From positions 6,847-70,846 of the forward strand of contig CANGPL010000007.1 of the NCBI GenBank assembly GCA_947455725.1: 64,000 nucleotides of DNA, given 5' to 3'. The notes under the pieces are model-generated. The model was not told the origin of the DNA. It did no database searches and was given only the letters and a program-made list of their open reading frames with translations. Position numbers and translations under genes: made by a program. This document shows positions 57,434 through 64,000 of the stretch, piece after piece; the first letter of the stretch is position 1; each line of letters begins with the position of its first letter. The stretch is from Hyphomicrobiales bacterium (GTDB lineage Bacteria > Pseudomonadota > Alphaproteobacteria > Rhizobiales > Beijerinckiaceae).

Positions 57434-58086
57434 CGCACATCGCCTTTCGCCGCATGAAGCTTTTCGCCAACGAGGCTTGCCATGGCTTGCGCTTCACCAT
57501 CCTGTATGGCTTGCAAGCCGGCAAAGACACCCCCGCGGTCTGCTTCCGAGCGGTTTTGGCTTACTTTCCATTTGCCCGCAATCGACACAATATCGATTTC
57601 AATGCCGACAATGCCGCGGACTTGCCCGTCAATATAGGGCGCGGGCGCATCATCGACGGCCCAAGGCTTCGGATAGCCGCCTTCCATCATATCGGTCAGA
57701 TCGCGGATTTGGCGGCCGAGCCATTGCGGGTCATCCATGACCCGCGCAATGCCACGAACCTGCACCGTGGCGTAGTTCCAAGTGGGCACAACCTTGCCCG
57801 TCTCGCGCTTGGTCTCGTACCAGCCGGGGTGCACATAATGCTGCGCCCCTTGAAATACGATCAAAGCCTCGGAGGTGCCGTCGATGTCTTTCCATTGCGG
57901 ATTGGCGCGCGCCACATGGCACCGCAGCCTGCCCTGCTCCCCCGCCTCGGGGTCAATCATAAACGGGATCGGATTGGCGATGATTCCGGAGGGACCATGA
58001 GTGATCAACAAGCCAAGCGGAAACGCGCGGATCAGCGCATGCTGATTGGCAGGTGAATCTTCGTGAAAATGGGGCGGCTGGTACAT
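57430..58086 (-). CDS. FMN-binding negative transcriptional regulator (PaiB family)
   Basis: [11 protein letters not shown]-terminus and a PaiB-like pattern. Confidence 0.8.
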   Translation of the reverse strand: MYQPPHFHEDSPANQHALIRAFPLGLLITHGPSGIIANPIPFMIDPEAGEQGRLRCHVARANPQWKDIDGTSEALIVFQGAQHYVHPGWYETKRETGKVVPTWNYATVQVRGIARVMDDPQWLGRQIRDLTDMMEGGYPKPWAVDDAPAPYIDGQVRGIVGIEIDIVSIAGKWKVSQNRSEADRGGVFAGLQAIQDGEAQAMASLVGEKLHAAKGDVR

Positions 58087-58149
58087 GAGAAAGCCTTGGG
58101 GCACGAGAACGAAACCAGAATAGAGGAGGATTCGGCGTTAGTAAAACGC

Positions 58150-58650
58150 TTAAAGTAAGGCCATTCGTGCTTTTAAGCCGCGATGCTGCGCGTGCGTCAG
58201 CGCAATCGCCAACGCATCCGCCGCATCAGGTGTTTTGGCATCCGATTTTGGCAAAAGCACCTTCACCATCATGTGGATCTGATCCTTATCGGCATGGCCT
58301 GAGCCAACCACCGTTTTTTTGATCAGATTGGGTGCGTATTCCCCGACCGATAAGCCATTCAATGCCGGGACCAGTAATGCGATGCCGCGTGCTTGGCCGA
58401 GCTTAAGCGTCGCGCGGGCGTCTTTATTGACAAAGGTTTCTTCAACCGCAGCCTCATCCGGCGAAAACGAGGCAATCACGCCCTGTAGTCCGTCGTGAAG
58501 CTCACGCAGACGATCCGCGAGTTCGCGCTTTTCGTTGGATTTAACGGTACCGCACGCAATAAAATGCAGCTTCGACCCATCCTGCTCGATCACGCCCCAG
58601 CCCGTGTTACGAAGACCGGGATCAATGCCAAGAATGCGGATGGGGGACAT
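58150..58650 (-). CDS. ruvC: Crossover junction endodeoxyribonuclease RuvC
   Basis: [17 protein letters not shown]-terminus. Confidence 0.95.
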   Translation of the reverse strand: MSPIRILGIDPGLRNTGWGVIEQDGSKLHFIACGTVKSNEKRELADRLRELHDGLQGVIASFSPDEAAVEETFVNKDARATLKLGQARGIALLVPALNGLSVGEYAPNLIKKTVVGSGHADKDQIHMMVKVLLPKSDAKTPDAADALAIALTHAQHRGLKARMALL

Positions 58651-58658
58651 GATTACCT

Positions 58659-58719
58659 TTCGGACCGCGCGCCTCCCGGCGCGCTCTAAACATGCGAGGC
58701 AGGAGCCTCGCGGTCCATT
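58659..58719. repeat. Family-A REP-like palindromic element, copy 1 (61 bp, identical to 59314-59374)
   Basis: TTCGGACCGCGCGCCTCCCGGCGCGCTCTAAACATGCGAGGCAGGAGCCTCGCGGTCCATT, with outer arms GGACCGCG/CGCGGTCC and two inner mini-hairpins. Confidence 0.85.
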
Positions 58720-58737
58720 TATGAAGCTTACTTATTG

Positions 58738-59298
58738 TCATTGAGCCATAAATGCGGATGACCATGGCCATAATTCCGGCTTCAAAACAAGCTTTGCCTT
58801 GACAGGATTTTGTTCGATATAAAATAGAACCTCGTAATATTGATCCTCATTTCTAATCATCCGATCAAAATAGTCGTCGGCCCACAATGGACCCTTGCGC
58901 TCCAAGCTCAAATTGATCTGTCGCGCGCTGAATGTTTTCCATTCTCGAACAATATCCCCTAACCGAAAGCCCAATTGCGTCTCGATTAAGACATGAACGT
59001 GGTTTGGCATGACACACCAAGCGATGAGGCGATATTTCGTTTCATGGTGATAAAGCAGCGTTTGGACTACGATGTCAGCTGCATTTTTAAATGTTAAAAC
59101 GTGACCTGAAGGGGATAGATCCAACAATTCATCATAAATTTTCCGACGTTGCTCGGCCGTACCGGAAATTTCATTGGCAATATGACGAGGTAAACTACCT
59201 ACTGTGCGAAACACGATATGTTGGATACATTCAGGTGAATCAAAATGGGGCAGATACCCTCGTGAATGCCAGCCTTTGTGATCCTTAGTAGGTGACAA
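58738..59298 (-). CDS. REP-associated tyrosine transposase (RAYT, IS200/IS605 Y1 HUH family)
   Basis: GWHSRGYLPHFD N-terminus, HUH motif PNHVHVLIE, and a Tyr region YIEQNPVKAKLV. Confidence 0.8.
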   Translation of the reverse strand: MSPTKDHKGWHSRGYLPHFDSPECIQHIVFRTVGSLPRHIANEISGTAEQRRKIYDELLDLSPSGHVLTFKNAADIVVQTLLYHHETKYRLIAWCVMPNHVHVLIETQLGFRLGDIVREWKTFSARQINLSLERKGPLWADDYFDRMIRNEDQYYEVLFYIEQNPVKAKLVLKPELWPWSSAFMAQ

Positions 59299-59313
59299 AG
59301 ATACCTCTCACAC

Positions 59314-59374
59314 TTCGGACCGCGCGCCTCCCGGCGCGCTCTAAACATGCGAGGCAGGAGCCTCGCGGTCCATT
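59314..59374. repeat. Family-A REP-like palindromic element, copy 2 (61 bp, identical and in direct orientation to 58659-58719)
   Basis: Base-by-base comparison by eye found 61/61 identical. Confidence 0.85.
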
Positions 59375-59379
59375 ATTCT

Positions 59380-60123
59380 TCACCCCAGTTTCGCCATCAA
59401 CGCATCCGAAAACTCGACATTCGAATAGACGTTCTGCACATCGTCGCTGTCATTGAGGTTGTCGAGAAGCTTCATGATTTTCTCGCCCGCCTCATCGTCC
59501 ACCATGATGGTGTTTTGTGGACGCCAGATCATGCCGGTCTTGCGTGGCTCGCCGAATTTTTCTTCCAAAGCCTTTGCAACATCACGCAGGTTTTCGAGCG
59601 TGGTGACGATTTCGTGACCATCTTCTGAAAATGTCGCGTCATCGGCACCAGCTTCGATGGCAGCTTCCATCATCTGATCTTCGGTTGCGACCTTGGCGTC
59701 AAACTCAACAACGCCAATCCGGTCGAACATGAAGGAGACAGCGCCCGTTTCAGCCAAAGCACCGCCTGATTTTGAGAAATAGGACCGTACTTCAGGCGCT
59801 GTACGATTACGATTATCGGTAAGCGCTTCGACGATTACCGCGACACCGCCCGGTGCATACCCTTCATAGCGGATTTCTTCGTAATTCTCGGCGTCGCCAC
59901 CCATCGCCTTTTTAATCGCACGTTCGATATTGTCTTTCGGCATATTTTCGGCACGCGCCGCTTGGATAGCGGCACGCAAGCGCGGGTTCATATTCGGATC
60001 AGGCAGGCCAAGCTTGGCGGAGACGGTAATTTCGCGGGCGAATTTCGCGAACATCTTGGAACGCACGGCGTCCTGCTTGCCTTTGCGGTGCATGATGTTT
60101 TTGAACTGTGAATGGCCGGCCAT
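59380..60123 (-). CDS. YebC/PmpR-family DNA-binding transcriptional regulator
   Basis: [20 protein letters not shown]-terminus. Confidence 0.93.
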   Translation of the reverse strand: MAGHSQFKNIMHRKGKQDAVRSKMFAKFAREITVSAKLGLPDPNMNPRLRAAIQAARAENMPKDNIERAIKKAMGGDAENYEEIRYEGYAPGGVAVIVEALTDNRNRTAPEVRSYFSKSGGALAETGAVSFMFDRIGVVEFDAKVATEDQMMEAAIEAGADDATFSEDGHEIVTTLENLRDVAKALEEKFGEPRKTGMIWRPQNTIMVDDEAGEKIMKLLDNLNDSDDVQNVYSNVEFSDALMAKLG

Positions 60124-60202
60124 TTTTATCCCTACCCGTTAAAATCAAAGTGCCGCGCTTATAATGCGCAAAAGCTTGAAAATAAAGTCGCTATGGATGC
60201 TT

Positions 60203-61027
60203 TTAGGCATCCCAAAAAGCGGGCGACGAAGGTGAAAGACGAGGGCCAATCCGAACGGCTTCGACCTTAATCGCCAAACCCGTGCGATCATCGGTTTCGA
60301 CCGCAATGCCGGATAGAGAGCCTTGACCACTTGCAGCTTCAAGCCGTGAACCGGGCGTTTTTTCGACAAAGCGGCGCACGGGTTCATCCTTCGTCATACC
60401 AAGAATGGAATCATAATCGCCGCACATGCCAGCATCCGTCATATAGGCGGTGCCACCGTCAAAGATCTGGTGATCAGCGGTTGGCACATGGGTGTGGGTG
60501 CCGACAACGAGGCTCGCGCGGCCATCCAAAAAATGCCCCATCGCTTGTTTTTCGCTTGAGGCTTCGCCGTGAAAATCAACCACAACCGCATCGGCCACGC
60601 GTCCAAGGGGGGCCTCTTGCAACGCGCGGTCAACCGCCGAGAACGGATCGTCTAACGGGTCCATATAAAGCCGCGCCATGGCGTTAACGACAAAAACACG
60701 CGCGCCAGAAGCGGTTTCAACCAAGGTTGCGCCGCGACCCGGCGTTGTTGCCGGATAATTAATCGGCCGCAAAAGACGCGGTTGGCGCTCGATAAACACC
60801 AAAGCCTCGCGCTGATCAAAAGAATGATTACCAAGCGTGATAGCGTCGGCACCCGCCGCCAATAATTCATCACAAATCGCTTCCGTGATGCCAAAGCCCC
60901 CGGCAGCATTTTCGCCATTAATGACAACACAATCTAGCGACCAGCGTTTCCGCAGCGTCGGCAAATGCTCCATAACGGCTACCCGGCCGGGCCTGCCGAC
61001 GACATCGCCTAAAAAAAGTAACCGCAT
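60203..61027 (-). CDS. YmdB-like metallophosphoesterase (TIGR00282 type)
   Basis: MRLLFLGDVVGRPGR and NGENAAGGFG motifs. Start trimmed to ATG 61027. Confidence 0.85.
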   Translation of the reverse strand: MRLLFLGDVVGRPGRVAVMEHLPTLRKRWSLDCVVINGENAAGGFGITEAICDELLAAGADAITLGNHSFDQREALVFIERQPRLLRPINYPATTPGRGATLVETASGARVFVVNAMARLYMDPLDDPFSAVDRALQEAPLGRVADAVVVDFHGEASSEKQAMGHFLDGRASLVVGTHTHVPTADHQIFDGGTAYMTDAGMCGDYDSILGMTKDEPVRRFVEKTPGSRLEAASGQGSLSGIAVETDDRTGLAIKVEAVRIGPRLSPSSPAFWDA

Positions 61028-61196
61028 TAGCACATGATCCTGACGCTCTTTGATCATTTTTACTGACACGAACAGGGTGCAAAGTCATGTGAAAAGCCAA
61101 ATTCTCGAACAAAGATGTGGCTTTGCATTGATCGAACGCGAAGCTTGCGCTACAGCATTTTTATATCCTGATTTTGTAACAATAGAGGTTCTCTCA

Positions 61197-61340
61197 ATGG
61201 CCAATCATGATCACGCCGCCGGTTCTGCCATGGATTATGCCGAGCACGAGCGCACTTATTCGATGTTTCTCGGCTTGGTAAAATGGGGCAGTATTTTTGT
61301 TGTCGCCCTCTTGGTCGGAATGGCAATTTTCCTGATCTGA
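61197..61340 (+). CDS. Small membrane protein resembling aa3-type cytochrome c oxidase subunit IV
   Basis: The 47-aa MANHDHAAGSAMDYAEHERTYSMFLGLVKWGSIFVVALLVGMAIFLI matches the pattern of that small family. The track ORF is a 5' over-extension. Confidence 0.6.
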   Translation: MANHDHAAGSAMDYAEHERTYSMFLGLVKWGSIFVVALLVGMAIFLI

Positions 61341-61407
61341 TCGAACATACATCCGGTTTTAAATCGGGTGCGTATCTTCGTTAAATAGTCGAATGCCGGG
61401 GGGACGA

Positions 61408-62547
61408 ATGCATATTGCGGTTATTACTGAGACCGGCGCGCTTGAGACCCGGGTGGCTGCTACACCGGAGACGGTGAAAAAGCTCATCGCCCTTGGTGGT
61501 TCGATCACGATTGAAGCCGGCGCCGGATTAGCTTCGGGCATTCCGGATAGCGACTATGAAGCAGCCGGTGCGACGATCGCAAAAAGCGCGAAAGAGGCGC
61601 TCAAGGGGGCGGAAGTCGTTCTAAAGGTACGCCGTCCATCCTCTGCCGAGATCAAGCTGATGCCAAAAGGCGCGCTGGTTCTGGCGATTATGGATCCCTA
61701 TGACAATACGGAAGCCTTGTCCGCCATGGCGGAAGCGGGACTTGTAAGTTTTGCCATGGAATTAATGCCGCGCATCACGCGTGCTCAAGTCATGGATGTG
61801 CTCTCAAGCCAGGCCAATTTGGCGGGTTATCGCGCTGTTATTGACGCATCCGGCGAATATGGTCGGGGTATGCCGATGATGATGACGGCAGCCGGTACTG
61901 TTCCAGCCGCAAAGGTCTTTATTATGGGGGCCGGTGTTGCGGGCCTGCAGGCCATTGCTACCGCACGTCGTCTCGGAGCGGTTGTCACCGCAACCGATGT
62001 TCGCCCGGCGGCTAAAGAACAAGTGGCCTCGTTAGGTGCCAAATTCGTGGCCGTTGAGGACGAGGAATTCAAACAGGCTGAAACGGCAGCGGGCTATGCC
62101 AAGCCGATGTCGGCGGAATATCAAGCCAAGCAGGCGGCTTTGGTTGCCTCCCATATTGCCAAGCAAGATATCGTCATCACAACGGCCTTGATCCCGGGTC
62201 GCCCGGCTCCGAAGCTTGTTTCGGAAGACATGGTCAAATCGATGCGTCCGGGCTCGGTGATCGTGGATCTTGCGGTCGAGCGTGGCGGTAACGTTGCGCT
62301 TTCGAAGGCTGGTGAGACGGTTTTGACCGAAAATGGCGTCAAAATTCTGGGGCCGCTTAATCTTCCGGGCCGGATTGCTGCAAGTGCATCCGCGCTTTAC
62401 GCCAAAAATCTTTTCTCGTTCCTTGAAACCATGATCGACAAGAGCACCAAGGCGCTCAACCTGAATTGGGACGATGAACTTGTAAAAGCGACCAATCTGA
62501 CGCGCGACGGCGCAATCACCCATCCGGGCTTTCAGCCCAAGGCTTAA
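61408..62547 (+). CDS. pntA: NAD(P) transhydrogenase alpha subunit, part 1 (dI)
   Basis: Alanine-dehydrogenase/PNT fold and the NAD motif IMGAGVAGLQA. Confidence 0.93.
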   Translation: MHIAVITETGALETRVAATPETVKKLIALGGSITIEAGAGLASGIPDSDYEAAGATIAKSAKEALKGAEVVLKVRRPSSAEIKLMPKGALVLAIMDPYDNTEALSAMAEAGLVSFAMELMPRITRAQVMDVLSSQANLAGYRAVIDASGEYGRGMPMMMTAAGTVPAAKVFIMGAGVAGLQAIATARRLGAVVTATDVRPAAKEQVASLGAKFVAVEDEEFKQAETAAGYAKPMSAEYQAKQAALVASHIAKQDIVITTALIPGRPAPKLVSEDMVKSMRPGSVIVDLAVERGGNVALSKAGETVLTENGVKILGPLNLPGRIAASASALYAKNLFSFLETMIDKSTKALNLNWDDELVKATNLTRDGAITHPGFQPKA

Positions 62548-62566
62548 CCGATAAGGGACGCTTTCT

Positions 62567-63016
62567 ATGGCAAGCGATACCGCCCAAATGTTTTATGAAA
62601 AAGCCGTCGCCGCCGCCAAAGCTGCGCGCGAAATGGCCGATGCCGCCCAAGCCTTCGCCGAACAGGCAGGTTCTCTCGCCGGTGCTGCCGCCCATGGTGC
62701 ATCGGGCGGGGCGATTGATCCTTTCGTCTTTGAATTCGCCCTCTTTGTGATGGCGGTTTTCGTGGGCTATTTCGTGGTGTGGTCGGTAACACCGGCGCTG
62801 CATACGCCCCTGATGTCCGTGACCAACGCGATCTCGTCCGTGATTGTGGTTGGTGCACTTTTGGCCGTTGGCGTTGATAGCTCAATGGCTGGCGATGAAG
62901 GCTCCATCTTGGCGCGGCTTTTTGGGCTTGGCGCTTTGATCCTAGCCAGCGTGAATATTTTCGGCGGATTCCTCGTCACCCAGCGGATGCTGGCCATGTA
63001 TAAGAAGAAGGGCTGA
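62567..63016 (+). CDS. pntA: NAD(P) transhydrogenase alpha subunit, part 2 (membrane dII-a)
   Basis: Hydrophobic, with [12 protein letters not shown] and a C-terminal MLAMYKKK. Confidence 0.9.
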   Translation: MASDTAQMFYEKAVAAAKAAREMADAAQAFAEQAGSLAGAAAHGASGGAIDPFVFEFALFVMAVFVGYFVVWSVTPALHTPLMSVTNAISSVIVVGALLAVGVDSSMAGDEGSILARLFGLGALILASVNIFGGFLVTQRMLAMYKKKG

Positions 63017-63020
63017 ACCG

Positions 63021-64000
63021 ATGTCCGGCAATCTCGCGGCTCTGCTCTATCTCGCCTCAGGCGTCCTCTTCATCCTCGCGCTACGCGGCCTTTCATCTCC
63101 CGCGACGTCCCGTCAGGGTAATCTCTTCGGCATGATCGGTATGGGAATTGCCATGCTGACGACCTTGGCCGTCGCACCGCCCGCAGGATTTTCCGGCTGG
63201 GTGCTACTCGCGCTCGGCCTTGCCATTGGCGGCGGCTTTGGTGCCGTGCTCGCCCGCCGCATCGCCATGACGGCGATGCCGCAACTTGTCGCTTTCTTCC
63301 ACTCGCTCGTCGGTCTTGCCGCGGTGTTTGTGGCTGCTGGCGCACTTTATGCGCCTGAAGCGTTCCATATCTTAGCCAACGGCGCCATTAAATCGGCAAG
63401 CATCGTTGAAATGTCGCTTGGCGTGGCGATTGGCGCGATCACCTTCACCGGTTCGATCATCGCGTTTTTGAAGCTTAACGGCAATATGAGCGGCAAGCCG
63501 ATCATGCTGCCAAGCCGCCATCTCATCAATATTGCGCTGGCCGCCACCCTTGTGGTGCTGCTCGTGCTCTTTGTCGCAACCCAAAGCGCGCTGTTCTTCT
63601 GGCTCATCACGCTGACGGCCTTGGTGCTTGGTGTCTTGATCATCGTTCCCATCGGCGGCGCGGATATGCCGGTCGTCGTTTCGATGCTCAATTCCTATTC
63701 CGGTTGGGCTGCGGCCGGTATCGGCTTTACGCTCTCGAATATGGCGCTGATCATCACCGGCGCGCTGGTTGGCTCCTCGGGAGCGATCCTGTCCTACATC
63801 ATGTGTAAGGGCATGAACCGCTCCTTCTTCTCGGTTATTCTCGGTGGCTTTGGCGGTGAAACCTCATCCGCTGCCGGTGGTGCCGTTGAAACCCGTCCCG
63901 TCAAGCAAGGCTCGGCGGAAGATGCGGCCTTCATGATGAAAAACGCCTCAAGCGTGATCATCGTCCCGGGCTACGGTATGGCGGTGGCGCAAGCCCAGCA
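63021..64000 (+). CDS. pntB: NAD(P) transhydrogenase beta subunit, 5' part (runs off the window)
   Basis: Hand-translated from ATG 63021: MSGNLAALLYLASGVLFILALRGLSSPATSRQGN..., typical of PntB. No stop codon before the window end. Confidence 0.9.
   Translation, partial: MSGNLAALLYLASGVLFILALRGLSSPATSRQGNLFGMIGMGIAMLTTLAVAPPAGFSGWVLLALGLAIGGGFGAVLARRIAMTAMPQLVAFFHSLVGLAAVFVAAGALYAPEAFHILANGAIKSASIVEMSLGVAIGAITFTGSIIAFLKLNGNMSGKPIMLPSRHLINIALAATLVVLLVLFVATQSALFFWLITLTALVLGVLIIVPIGGADMPVVVSMLNSYSGWAAAGIGFTLSNMALIITGALVGSSGAILSYIMCKGMNRSFFSVILGGFGGETSSAAGGAVETRPVKQGSAEDAAFMMKNASSVIIVPGYGMAVAQAQ

Overview
Chromosomal window from what looks like an alphaproteobacterium (Hyphomicrobiales/Rhizobiales-like gene order: sdhCDAB, lysC-ptsP, prfA-prmC, ffh-rpsP-rimM-trmD, ccmAB/acnA, tolQRAB-ybgC-ruvABC, pntAB). 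All protein identifications come from reading motifs and family-typical sequence in the ORF track; no database search was run. Positions 1 to about 6.3 kb are visibly AT-rich accessory DNA. It carries an XRE regulator with repeated operator-like motifs, two tiny membrane peptides, a small secreted protein, and a secreted PBP-transpeptidase-like protein that appears to lack the catalytic Ser and the KTG Lys. It also carries a frameshifted gene remnant, an excisionase-like HTH protein and a P4-type tyrosine integrase, followed by an autotransporter (6317-8458). I found no tRNA or convincing att site. The remaining ~55 kb is GC-richer housekeeping DNA that is repeatedly interrupted by small selfish or accessory modules:
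- higBA.
- parDE, with the parE stop overlapping the arfB start.
- A solitary vapD wedged between sdhA and sdhB.
- An AT-rich islet with a 2-TM orphan protein and an orphan Phd/YefM antitoxin.
- A RelE/ParE-HTH pair between clpB and ffh.
- hicAB between ybgC and ruvB.
- A REP-associated tyrosine transposase (RAYT) between yebC and ruvC, flanked by two identical 61-bp palindromic repeats.
Two palindromic repeat families and a probable 6S RNA (upstream of the 5-formyl-THF cyclo-ligase gene) are the main non-coding features. No rRNA, tRNA or CRISPR array was seen. No clearly new multi-gene system is demonstrable from sequence alone. The best leads are the pseudo-PBP island cargo, the vapD-in-sdh insertion, the parDE-arfB coupling, the 2-TM/Phd islet and the RAYT/REP unit.
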